From Trueperaceae bacterium (GTDB lineage: Bacteria; Deinococcota; Deinococci; Deinococcales; Trueperaceae): a DNA stretch of 64,000 bases. Below the pieces are notes generated by a model. The model was not told the DNA's origin and made no database searches. It saw nothing but the letters and a program-made list of their open reading frames with translations. A program made the position numbers and the translations under genes. The stretch spans positions 1 through 64,000 of the forward strand of contig DASSXV010000023.1 in NCBI GenBank assembly GCA_035703635.1. The letters run 5' to 3'. This document shows, one piece after another, positions 46,023 to 55,045 of the stretch; the first letter of the stretch is position 1; every line of letters begins with the position of its first letter.

Positions 46023-46232
46023 TCAGTGTGGAAGCTTGATGCCCTGTTCGGCGGCGCGCTGCGTGAACGTCTTGCCGCCCTTGCCCCATACGTCCATCTC
46101 GAGTTCGTAGAGGATGACTTGCGTGCCTTCCGATTGGGCGCCGTTGGCGACCATGACTTCCGTGATGCCCTTGATTATCGCGTCGCGCTGCTCTTGCGAG
46201 CGGCGGCCGAGTTCTACTCTGACGATGGCCAT
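46023..46232 (-). CDS. 4-oxalocrotonate tautomerase family protein lacking Pro-1
   Basis: 69 aa, beta-alpha-beta pattern 'IVRVELGRRSQEQRDAIIKGITEVM...VILYE...WGKGG'; AGGAG RBS; begins M-A. Confidence 0.75.
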   Translation of the reverse strand: MAIVRVELGRRSQEQRDAIIKGITEVMVANGAQSEGTQVILYELEMDVWGKGGKTFTQRAAEQGIKLPH

Positions 46233-46510
46233 TGGGTTCTCCTACTATGTGCACCCGTGAGGGTGACGTGGGGTGGCTCTATCTGGGTGTGCGCGGTCTG
46301 GTTTGTCGGAGGCGGCACCCACCGCGACCGTTTGTATCGATGTACTGGTACGCAGACGATACTCGTGAGCGTGGTCGCCGTCAACCCAGCTGGCGTTCGA
46401 GGAGTCATGCAAGAGGGACTGCGTCGGATCCAGAACCGAGAAAGCCCGTCCACCACGCTACGAGAATGTTCGTCGTCGACTACGTTCCGCCAACGTGAGA
46501 CGGACGTGAA

Positions 46511-46557
46511 TTGACAACCAGCTACCGTTGGCCGCATGATGCTCGGCGTACTGGTAC
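46511..46557 (+). promoter_or_regulatory. Candidate promoter with a downstream GTACTGGTAC operator
   Basis: TTGACA-N18-CATGAT; GTACTGGTAC at 46548-46557 is repeated at 46342-46351. Confidence 0.5.
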
Positions 46558-46658
46558 ACCCACATGCAATACGGCTTCAGGGGCGGGTGCTTCAGACACC
46601 TAGCCACCAGCACGGCTAACCCCGCACCCACGGGGCGAGAACACCGAAAGGACTAGGC

Positions 46659-48236
46659 ATGCGTAGAGCTTTGACTCGATTCGTCACCCTGTTGCTCGTC
46701 GTCGCCCTCGTTGGCGCCGCCAGCGCTCAGGAGCAGGCCACGAAACGCGGTGGCGTCGTCCAGATCCCGCTGGCTACTCAACCTGCGACCTTCAACCCGA
46801 TCCTGCCATCCGAGCTGGCCGCCGCCATCATCAACTGGACGATGTTCTCGCCCCTAACGGCCGTCAACCCGTGGACGAACACCCTCGAGCCGTACCTCGC
46901 AGAGGCCTTCGAAGCCAACGATGACCTCACCGTCTGGACCTTCCACCTCCGGTCGGGCGTGAAGTGGCACGACGGCGCCCCCTTCACCGCCGAGGACGTC
47001 AAGTTCACCTTCGACCGCGCGCGAGACCCAGACGAGGGCGCAACGAACGCTGCCGACTTCGCCAAGGTCGTGGCCGTCGATGTCATCGACCCGCTCACCG
47101 TCAACGTGACTCTCGCCGCACCTGACGCCTTCTTCGCAGCGCGCCTGGCGCTCGGCGGGAACGAGATCATCCCGCAGCACATCCTCGGCGGTTACGACCT
47201 CCTCGCCGACGCAGTCGACTTCAACAGCAAGACCCCCATCGGCACCGGCCCGTTCAAGATGGTCCGCGCTGTCCCCGGCTCCTTCTTCGAACTCACCCGC
47301 AACGAGGACTTCTTCCTCGGCGAACCGAACCTCGATGGCCTCGTCTTCCGCGTCGTGCCTGACGGCAACACCCGCGTCACGCAGCTGCTTACCGGCCAAC
47401 TCGACTGGGTCGATATCGAGCCGCCGCAACTCCCAGCCGTAAGCAAGGTCAAGCACGTCCAGATCACGACCTTCGATAGCCTTGGCTACCAGATCTTCGC
47501 CTGGAACTTCAAGAACCCCCTCTTCCAGGACACCCGCGTGCTCGAGGCCATGATGTACGCCGTCGACCGCCGCAGCATGATCGCCACCGTCTCTCCTGGC
47601 CTCGGCTACGTCGACGACGTCTACATCCCGCACAGCATCGACTGGGTACCGCGGCCAGACGTTCAGTTCCGCGAGTACGATCCCGAGCATGCGCTAGCGC
47701 TCATGACGGAAGCCGGTTGGACGAAGAACGCGCAGGGCATCCTCGAGAAGGACGGCGTCGAGTTCGCCTTCTCCATCCTCGTTGACCGCGGCGACGTGCA
47801 ACGCGAGCAGATGGGCCTGATCCTGCAGCAGTACTTCCAGGACCTCGGCATGCGCGTCGAGTACGTGCTAGCAGAACGCGGGGGCCGCTGGCTCGAAGAG
47901 ACAACGGCGCGCACCTTCGACACGCGCCTCGCCGCCTTCCCCATGCCGAACATCGACTGGGCGCAGCGCCTCTACACGACCAATGGCCCGTACAACGCCC
48001 AGTCGTACTCCAACGCGGAAGTCGACGCCCTGTTCACCCAGGTCCTCGGCACCATCGACCAGTCCAAGCAGGCCGCGCTCCTCGAGCAGATCGGCGAGCA
48101 GCTCTATAACGACCCGCCCAACATGATCCTGCTCTTCCGCGAGCGCATGACCGCCTCCAACGCCAACATCGGCAACATCCCGCCGAACAACATCAAGGAC
48201 GCAATGCCGTACTCCTACCTCCTGTTCCGCCGCTGA
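46659..48236 (+). CDS. Family-5 ABC substrate-binding protein
   Basis: Signal peptide, 'KWHDGAPFTAEDVKFTF', 'PIGTGPF'. Confidence 0.92.
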   Translation: MRRALTRFVTLLLVVALVGAASAQEQATKRGGVVQIPLATQPATFNPILPSELAAAIINWTMFSPLTAVNPWTNTLEPYLAEAFEANDDLTVWTFHLRSGVKWHDGAPFTAEDVKFTFDRARDPDEGATNAADFAKVVAVDVIDPLTVNVTLAAPDAFFAARLALGGNEIIPQHILGGYDLLADAVDFNSKTPIGTGPFKMVRAVPGSFFELTRNEDFFLGEPNLDGLVFRVVPDGNTRVTQLLTGQLDWVDIEPPQLPAVSKVKHVQITTFDSLGYQIFAWNFKNPLFQDTRVLEAMMYAVDRRSMIATVSPGLGYVDDVYIPHSIDWVPRPDVQFREYDPEHALALMTEAGWTKNAQGILEKDGVEFAFSILVDRGDVQREQMGLILQQYFQDLGMRVEYVLAERGGRWLEETTARTFDTRLAAFPMPNIDWAQRLYTTNGPYNAQSYSNAEVDALFTQVLGTIDQSKQAALLEQIGEQLYNDPPNMILLFRERMTASNANIGNIPPNNIKDAMPYSYLLFRR

Positions 48237-48248
48237 GGTAGCGACGCT

Positions 48249-48282
48249 CGGGTTGGCCCGGCCACTGGCTTGGGCCAACCCG
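48249..48282. other. Intercistronic stem-loop after the SBP gene
   Basis: CGGGTTGGCCC...GGGCCAACCCG stem. Confidence 0.6.
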
Positions 48283-48346
48283 CCCCCAACGGCTCGCCGG
48301 CTCCCACGGGAGCGCTGCTCACGCGATAGGCAGGACCCGAGAAGGC

Positions 48347-49294
48347 ATGGTCGAATATCTAGCGAAACAACTCGTGGCCAGCGTGCTCGTCCTCTTTCTC
48401 GTCATGACGGCCACGTTCTTTCTAGTGAAGTTGGCGCCCGGCCAGCTGAGTATCTTGGCTGACCCGACCATGGACCCGGGGGTCGTGGCGAGCGTGGAAC
48501 GGCGCTTCGGCCTCGACCGCCCACCCGCCGAACAGTACGTGCGCTGGATCGGGCGCATGAGTCAAGGCGACCTTGGCACCAGCCTCGTGTACGGCCGCCC
48601 TGTCCTGCAGATGATCACGGAGCGACTGCCAGCGACCCTGCTCCTTGGCCTCGCTGCGCTCGTCATCACGGTTCTCATCGGAATCCCGGCCGGCATCATC
48701 GCGGCGCGCTGGCCGAACTCGCCCGTCGATCAGGTCCTCAGCTTCATCGGCATCGTTGGCCTCGCAACGCCCAACTTCTGGTTAGGCATCCTGTTGATCA
48801 TCTTCTTCTCGGTGACGCTCGGTTGGCTGCCCGGCTCTGGCATGCAGACCATCGGGCAGCCGTTCTCGCTCCTCGACAGGGCGAGCTACCTGATACTGCC
48901 CGCCGTCGTCCTCGCCACCTCGACCACCGCGGAGATAATGCGCTACACGCGCTCGAGTTGGCTCGAGGTCATGAACCTCGACTTCGTGAGGACGGCGCGC
49001 AGCAAAGGCCTAGCCGAGCCCCGCGTGCACCTCAAGCACGTGTTCAAGAACGCCTTCATCCCGGTGCTCACGATCCTCGGGCTCATGCTGCCGCGCCTAG
49101 TGGGCGGCTCCGCGATCGTCGAGTCGCTCTTCAGTTGGCCGGGCATCGGCTCGATGGCCGTCAACTCCGCCGTGAGCCGCGACGCCACCGTGATATTGGG
49201 AACGACGCTGTTCGTGTCGGCCGGTGTGATCGTGAGTAACCTCGTCATCGACGTGCTCTACGGCATCGTCGACCCCCGGATCAGGTACGACTGA
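48347..49294 (+). CDS. Peptide/nickel ABC permease (DppB/OppB-like)
   Basis: 'DFVRTARSKGL', 'ESLFSWPGIG', 'DPRIRY'. Confidence 0.92.
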   Translation: MVEYLAKQLVASVLVLFLVMTATFFLVKLAPGQLSILADPTMDPGVVASVERRFGLDRPPAEQYVRWIGRMSQGDLGTSLVYGRPVLQMITERLPATLLLGLAALVITVLIGIPAGIIAARWPNSPVDQVLSFIGIVGLATPNFWLGILLIIFFSVTLGWLPGSGMQTIGQPFSLLDRASYLILPAVVLATSTTAEIMRYTRSSWLEVMNLDFVRTARSKGLAEPRVHLKHVFKNAFIPVLTILGLMLPRLVGGSAIVESLFSWPGIGSMAVNSAVSRDATVILGTTLFVSAGVIVSNLVIDVLYGIVDPRIRYD

Positions 49295-50169
49295 TGACCA
49301 CTGCCGTCACCCGCAAGCGCCGCACCGTTTGGCAGGTCTTCTTCGCAAGCCTCGGGCGCAACAAGCTCGCCCTCTTCGGAGGGATCTGGTTGGTGCTCCT
49401 CTGTGGGGTGCTCGTCTTCGAGCCGATCCTGCCCCTGCCGTCCCCTACTCGCATCGACATCTCCAACACTTTCGCCGGTCCGAGCGCGGCCCACCTGCTC
49501 GGGACGGACGAGAACGGGCGCGACGTCCTCGCGCGCCTCATCGACGGCGGCCGCGTGTCCATCCTGGTTGGGCTCGTTGCCGCGCTCCTCACCATGCTGA
49601 TCGGCGGCACCCTAGGGGTGGTAGCTGGTTACGCGGGCGGCTCTGTCGACCGCGTCATCATGCGCGTCACGGACGGCGTTCTCTCCATCCCGGTCTTCTT
49701 CTTGCTCCTCGCCGTCGTTGCGCTGTTCGGGTCGAGCATCACCGTGCTCGTGCTCGCCTTGTCGTTCACGCGCTGGATGGGCCCAGCGCGTCTGATCAGG
49801 GGTGAGATCCTCCGCGTCAAGGAGCTCGAGTACGCTACCGCCGTCAAGGGGTTGGGGGCCGGGCACTTGCGCATCATGTTCCGTCACCTGCTGCCCCAGG
49901 CCATGCCGTCTCTCATCGTTGCAACCTCCATCGGCGTCGGCAACGTCATGCTCGTCGAGGCGGGGTTGAGCTTCCTCGGCCTCGGTATCCTGCCGCCCAC
50001 CGCATCGTGGGGCAACATGCTCACCGCCAGTCAGTTCTACATGTGGTCGGCGCCGCAACTCGCCGTTTACCCGGGGCTGATGATCCTGCTCACCGTTCTC
50101 GCCTTCAACGCAGTAGGCGACGTCATTCGCGACACCCTGGACCCTCGGCGCCGCGCCGGAGGGGATTAA
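49294..50169 (+). CDS. Peptide/nickel ABC permease (DppC/OppC-like)
   Basis: 'HLLGTDENGRD', 'SWGNML', 'RDTLDPR'. Confidence 0.92.
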   Translation: MTTAVTRKRRTVWQVFFASLGRNKLALFGGIWLVLLCGVLVFEPILPLPSPTRIDISNTFAGPSAAHLLGTDENGRDVLARLIDGGRVSILVGLVAALLTMLIGGTLGVVAGYAGGSVDRVIMRVTDGVLSIPVFFLLLAVVALFGSSITVLVLALSFTRWMGPARLIRGEILRVKELEYATAVKGLGAGHLRIMFRHLLPQAMPSLIVATSIGVGNVMLVEAGLSFLGLGILPPTASWGNMLTASQFYMWSAPQLAVYPGLMILLTVLAFNAVGDVIRDTLDPRRRAGGD

Positions 50170-50177
50170 GGAGACCA

Positions 50178-51155
50178 GTGCCCCACACCAACCAGCCTCC
50201 CTTCGAGGTGCTCATCAGCCACTTGTACGAGAAGCGGCACGTCGAGCGCCTCATCGCCGACTTCCCGGACGTGAACTTCACGCAGTTGCCAGCCGCCGCG
50301 CCGTGGCCGGAGGTCGTCGGCCGGGCTAACGCGATGCTCTTCGCTGGGCTCAAGAAGCCAGAACTAAGCGCCCTCTTGCGCAGTGCCCCGCAACTAAAGT
50401 GGCTGCACACCGGCTCGGCCGGCTTCGATTGGGTGATGGTCCCAGAAGTCGAGGAGCAGGGCATCGTCGTCACGCGCTCGCTCGACGTCATGAGCATCCC
50501 GATGGCCGAGTTCGTCCTCGCCGCCATGCTGCAGCACGCCAAGAACCTACCCGCGTTGGCCGCCGCCCAGGCGCGCCGCGAGTGGACGCTGCCCCTCCAC
50601 CAGGAACTGCGCGGCAAGGAGGTCCTGGTGGTCGGCGCTGGCAGCATCGGCACGCGCGTTGCCGGTCTCTGCCGGGCGTTCGGCATGCGCGTAGTCGGCG
50701 TCAACCGCAGCGGTGGCACCAACATGGCCTTCGACGAGCTGCACACGGCCAACGCGCTCGACGACCTCCTGCCGACCGCCGATTACGTGGTGCTGACGGC
50801 GCCGGGCACGAGTGAGACGCACGGCCTGCTCGACGAGCGGCGCTTCGGCCTCATGAAGCGGGGAGCGTACCTCGTCAACGTGGCGCGCGGAGCGCTGGTC
50901 GTGGAAGCGGCCCTGCTCGCCGCGCTCGCGTCAGGGCACTTGGCTGGCGCCTGCCTAGACGCCTACGCCGTCGAGCCCCTCCCGGCAGACAGCCCACTGT
51001 GGAGCGCAGAGAACTTGTTCATCAGCCCCCACACCTCGTACCGCACGCCAGAGATCAGGGGCCGCGTGTTCGACGAGTTCGCAGCCAACCTACGCTCCCG
51101 CCTCGCGGGCGAGCCGTTGGCCGGCCTCATGCGCAACCCGGCCTTGGGTTACTGA
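50178..51155 (+). CDS. D-2-hydroxyacid dehydrogenase (NAD(P)-dependent)
   Basis: 'SAGFD', GAGSIG, 'NVARG', 'EPLP', 'ISPH'. GTG follows AAGGAG. Confidence 0.88.
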   Translation: MPHTNQPPFEVLISHLYEKRHVERLIADFPDVNFTQLPAAAPWPEVVGRANAMLFAGLKKPELSALLRSAPQLKWLHTGSAGFDWVMVPEVEEQGIVVTRSLDVMSIPMAEFVLAAMLQHAKNLPALAAAQARREWTLPLHQELRGKEVLVVGAGSIGTRVAGLCRAFGMRVVGVNRSGGTNMAFDELHTANALDDLLPTADYVVLTAPGTSETHGLLDERRFGLMKRGAYLVNVARGALVVEAALLAALASGHLAGACLDAYAVEPLPADSPLWSAENLFISPHTSYRTPEIRGRVFDEFAANLRSRLAGEPLAGLMRNPALGY

Positions 51156-51158
51156 GCG

Positions 51159-52046
51159 TTACTTGCTCTGCGAGAGGGCGAAGCCGCGCATGAACTGCTC
51201 CTGCAGGAGCATGAACACCAGCAGCGGCGGCAGGATGGTCAGGAGGGCCCCCGCCATCACGTAACCCCACTGGACCCCCTCGCCAGTGCCAATGATCAGG
51301 TTCAGTCCGACCTGCACGACCTGCAGCTCCTCGCGGCGGATGATGACCCTCGGCCACAGGTACTGGTCCCACACGTACACGAACTGGATGACCGCCAACG
51401 CCCCGATGGTGTTGGCGCTCATCGGCACGAGTATCCGCGTCAGGAAGCGCAGCGGCCCGGCGCCGTCCATCCTGGCCGCGTCCGCGAGTTCCCTCGGAAT
51501 CGACATGAAGTGCTGACGGAACAGGAAGATGCCTGTGGCCGACGCAAGGAACGGGATGGTGAGGGCGAGGAAGCTGTTCGACCAACCGAACCCGTGAGGT
51601 AGCGGTTTGAGGAGGACCGTTGCCGGGTTCTGGAACCACGCCCAGAAGGCAGCCCACGATGCGGGCGGCCGTTGCGCGATGAGGTCGAAGAGCGGCACGA
51701 TCAGCACTTCGGTAGGCAGCATGAGGGTAAGCAAAATGAGGATGAAAACTACGGATTTACCGCGGAAATCGAAGTAGACGAGGGCTAGGCCCGCCAGCAG
51801 CGCCGTGACCGTCTTGCCTAGGGTGACGACGAAGGCGATGAACAGCGAGTTGCGGATGAACATGCCCAACTGCGCCTTCACCCACACGGCCTCGACGTTC
51901 GTGAGCAACTCTCGCCCTGGCAGCAGGCTGGGGGTGAGGACGGCCGCGTTCGACTGCGTAGCCTTGATCGCGGCGAACAACACGGGCGCCATGACGAACA
52001 GGCAGGCCAAAGCGAGGAGCAGGTGAGTCAGCCAGCGCTTCGGCAC
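51159..52046 (-). CDS. ugpE: sn-glycerol-3-phosphate-type ABC permease (UgpE-like)
   Basis: 'LTLMLPTEV', 'SATGIFLFRQHF', 'FVYVWDQYLWP'. Confidence 0.7.
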   Translation of the reverse strand: MPKRWLTHLLLALACLFVMAPVLFAAIKATQSNAAVLTPSLLPGRELLTNVEAVWVKAQLGMFIRNSLFIAFVVTLGKTVTALLAGLALVYFDFRGKSVVFILILLTLMLPTEVLIVPLFDLIAQRPPASWAAFWAWFQNPATVLLKPLPHGFGWSNSFLALTIPFLASATGIFLFRQHFMSIPRELADAARMDGAGPLRFLTRILVPMSANTIGALAVIQFVYVWDQYLWPRVIIRREELQVVQVGLNLIIGTGEGVQWGYVMAGALLTILPPLLVFMLLQEQFMRGFALSQSK

Positions 52047-52976
52047 TCAAGCACCCCCGTAGTACACGCGCCTGCTGCCGAAACGGAACTGCATTACCGT
52101 CACCAACGCCACCAATGCCAGCAAGACCACGCTTTCTGCCGCTGCGAAGCCTAGGTTGGCCGCGCCGCCGAAGCCGTCCTGATAGATCTTGTAGATGAGC
52201 GTGCTCGTCACGCCGGCCTGGTCGAAAGGCGGCGAACCGACAGGGCCGCCGGCCGTGAGGATGTCGATGAGGCCGAAGGTGTCGAAGAAGGCGTAAACCA
52301 AGTTGGTGAAGACGAGGAAGAACGTCATGGGCGAGAGGAGAGGCAGGGTGACGGCGAAGAAGCGCTGAACGGCCGTCGCGCCGTCGATCTGCGCGGCCTC
52401 GCCGAGTTCGGCTGGCACGTTCTGCAGGGCCGCAAGGTAGAAGACGATGTTGTAACCGAGGTTCTTCCAGATAGCCGCCATGCTGACTACCGCGAACGCT
52501 AGTTGCGGCGTGTCGAGCCAGCGCGGCTTGATGCCGAACGAGGCGTTGAGCAGTTGGTTGATGACCCCAACTTCAGGGTTGAACATGAACAGGAAGATAG
52601 TGCCGGCCACCGCAGGGGAGAGCGCGAACGGCCAGATGAGCAAGAGGCGATAGATGCGCGAACCGCGTACGGGCTGGTTTGCGAGAACGGCTAGTGCCAA
52701 GCTGACGCTGAGGCCGACGAGCACCACCACGCCGCTGAAGAGGACCGTCTGCAGCAGGACCTGGCGAAAGCCGGGCGCCAGCACGCCCGTGAAGATGTTG
52801 CGGAAGTTCTCGATGCCGATGTACTTCTGTGTGCCGAGGAACAAGTTGCTGCGGTAAAGGCTCAGTACGAACGACTGGATCACGGGGAAGTAGAGGAAGA
52901 GTAAGAGGATGAGGATGGTCGGCAGTAGCAGCAGCCACGGCAGCGAGCGGCTTCTGAAGACTGGGCTACCTCTCAT
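52047..52976 (-). CDS. ugpA: sn-glycerol-3-phosphate-type ABC permease (UgpA-like)
   Basis: 'LLIWPFALSPAVAG', 'LPLLSPMTFFLVFTNLVYAFFDTFG'. Confidence 0.72.
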   Translation of the reverse strand: MRGSPVFRSRSLPWLLLLPTILILLLFLYFPVIQSFVLSLYRSNLFLGTQKYIGIENFRNIFTGVLAPGFRQVLLQTVLFSGVVVLVGLSVSLALAVLANQPVRGSRIYRLLLIWPFALSPAVAGTIFLFMFNPEVGVINQLLNASFGIKPRWLDTPQLAFAVVSMAAIWKNLGYNIVFYLAALQNVPAELGEAAQIDGATAVQRFFAVTLPLLSPMTFFLVFTNLVYAFFDTFGLIDILTAGGPVGSPPFDQAGVTSTLIYKIYQDGFGGAANLGFAAAESVVLLALVALVTVMQFRFGSRRVYYGGA

Positions 52977-53039
52977 GCGCTCCCCTTAGCGACTCACTAG
53001 CGCCGCGGCTAGGTGGTTCTCGTCGCCGCGGCTAGCGGC

Positions 53040-53072
53040 TGGGGTCGCCGCGTGTTGCGTGCGGCGACCCCA
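53040..53072. other. Intercistronic stem-loop after the SBP gene
   Basis: TGGGGTCGCCGC/GCGGCGACCCCA 12-bp stem. Confidence 0.6.
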
Positions 53073-53099
53073 ATGAATCAGACGGTGATGACGTGCGGT

Positions 53100-54401
53100 T
53101 TAGAAGTTGGCGTTGTACTCGGCGAGGGCCGCGTCGGCTAAGCGCTTGGCTTCTTCCAATGCGGACTCAACGGTGGCGCCAGCGAGGACCTTCTGAACGG
53201 CCTGCTCGACGATGGTGCGGGTGGCCTGGAAGGTGCCCATGAGCGCGCCTGCGGTAGCCGAGTTGGGGATGGTGTCAAGGAGCTGGTCGAAGGCCGTGCT
53301 GGCGTTCGGGAACTCGGTGAACCAGCCCTCGTCACGCAGGAGTTGCACGCTGCTGATGCGCACCGGGTAGTAGCCGGTTGCCTTGTGCCACGACACCATG
53401 TTCTCTGCGTTCGTCATGTACAGGACGAAGTCGCGAGCAACGAGGAGCTCTTCCATCGGGTGGTCGCGGACGATCCACACGCTGGCGCCCCCGATCACGA
53501 CGCCGTTGCGGGTTACGCCGTCCTGGATGGGCAGCATGCCAGTAACGAGCTCGAACTTGTCGCCGACCGCGTTGGTGATGTTGACGAGGTCAGCGGTCGA
53601 GGTGATGTGGAACATGACCTTGCCGTTGGTGAAGATGGCGTCCGAGCCGTCCCAGTCCTCGAGCTTGCCCGTGTAGGTGTAGTAGCCCTTGTCGTTCATG
53701 GCCTTCCACCAGTTGAAGACGTTGGTTACGGCCTCGGACGTGAGTAGGACTTCGGTGGCGCGCCCGGCGCGCCCGTTGTCATTGTTCACGAGCGTTGCGC
53801 CCTGCTCAGCGACCCACTGCTCGACGAACCAACCGTTGAGGCTTACCCCGAAGCACTTGACGTCGGAGGTGAGGACCCCGGCCGCTGCCGCTGCGTCGCA
53901 GGCGGCCAGCATCTCGGAGTAGGTGAGTGGCACCGTCGTCACGCCAGCTGCGTCCATCAGGGTCTTGTTGGCGTAGGTGATGGGGCTGGAGGAGTTGAAG
54001 GGGATGGAGTTCACTTGCCCGTCGATGGTGTAGTAGTTCAGCACCGGGGCGATGTAATCAGACGTGTCGAACTCACCAAGTTCACCGACGGGGATGAAGA
54101 TGCCGGAGTCGACGGCGATCTGGCTGCCTACCTCGTAAAGCTGCACGAGGTGCGGAGGGTTACCCTGGCGGGCCGCAAGAACGGCCGCCTGCTGCGTTTC
54201 CGGGTAGCTGCCCTTGCGCTCGCCGACCATCACGTACGGCCGACCGTCCTCGGCGAGTTGAGCGTTGAACTCGGTCATGCGGTCTTGGATCCAACCAGAG
54301 CGGTTGGCGTCCGAGAATGCATACCAGAACTCAATTTGGGTTTGGGCGAGTACGAACGAGAGCGAGGCGAGGGTAACTATGGCGAAAATAACGCGTTTCA
54401 C
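53100..54401 (-). CDS. ugpB: UgpB-like ABC substrate-binding protein
   Basis: 'KGSYPET', 'QLYEVGS', 'SIPFNSSSP', 'IGGASVW', 'WHKATGYYP'. Confidence 0.72.
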   Translation of the reverse strand: MKRVIFAIVTLASLSFVLAQTQIEFWYAFSDANRSGWIQDRMTEFNAQLAEDGRPYVMVGERKGSYPETQQAAVLAARQGNPPHLVQLYEVGSQIAVDSGIFIPVGELGEFDTSDYIAPVLNYYTIDGQVNSIPFNSSSPITYANKTLMDAAGVTTVPLTYSEMLAACDAAAAAGVLTSDVKCFGVSLNGWFVEQWVAEQGATLVNNDNGRAGRATEVLLTSEAVTNVFNWWKAMNDKGYYTYTGKLEDWDGSDAIFTNGKVMFHITSTADLVNITNAVGDKFELVTGMLPIQDGVTRNGVVIGGASVWIVRDHPMEELLVARDFVLYMTNAENMVSWHKATGYYPVRISSVQLLRDEGWFTEFPNASTAFDQLLDTIPNSATAGALMGTFQATRTIVEQAVQKVLAGATVESALEEAKRLADAALAEYNANF

Positions 54402-54529
54402 GTCGACCTCCTACATTGTCGAAGGCTAAGCCTCCGCATGGCCTTGAAAAACCCGGTACCTGCACTATACGACCGTCAGGCTCCAAAGTGGCCACGGGTC
54501 AAACGTAGGACGTCGTTGTCAGGCAGAGG

Positions 54530-54967
54530 TCAGCTCCCAGGCGCCTCCCCTTCGTCGGGCGCTGGAACGAAGTTCAACGCGGCCGAGTTGATGCAGTAGC
54601 GCAGCCCTTTCGGCCCCGGCCCGTCGGGGAAGACGTGCCCTAGGTGCGCTCCGCACGTTGCGCACCGCACTTCGATGCGCTGCATGCCGTGCGAGAGGTC
54701 CTCATGAGTCGTGACGTGACCCTGCGCCGCCACCTCTGAGAAGCTCGGCCAGCCGCAGTTCGAGTGAAACTTGTCCGGCGCGTCGAAGAGTTCGGTGCCG
54801 CAGACCACGCAGCGGTAATCGCCTGGTGCGAAGTGATCCCAGAACTCACCCGTGAACGGCGCCTCCGTGCCAGCTTCCTGCGTTACGCGCCACTCCAGCG
54901 GGCTCAAGCGCCCGCGGAGTTCTGCAGGCGTTTCTAGCTTCGTGTCGTGTTCACCGTTCTGTCTCAT
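54530..54967 (-). CDS. msrB: Peptide-methionine (R)-S-oxide reductase
   Basis: 'GTEAPFTG', 'CGWPSF', 'HLGHVFPDGP', 'RYCINS'; two CxxC Zn motifs. Confidence 0.96.
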   Translation of the reverse strand: MRQNGEHDTKLETPAELRGRLSPLEWRVTQEAGTEAPFTGEFWDHFAPGDYRCVVCGTELFDAPDKFHSNCGWPSFSEVAAQGHVTTHEDLSHGMQRIEVRCATCGAHLGHVFPDGPGPKGLRYCINSAALNFVPAPDEGEAPGS

Positions 54968-55045
54968 GACCGAAGTGTAGGCCCGCGTGCATGGTGGTCG
55001 TAGCGCTTGGGATACCCCTCTGGCCCCAACTACGACGGTGGCAGC

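Noticed and set aside
45996-46514. 172-aa plus-strand ORF across the divergent intergenic region
   Set aside because: It is antisense to the tautomerase-like gene and runs through promoter DNA, with no recognisable features.
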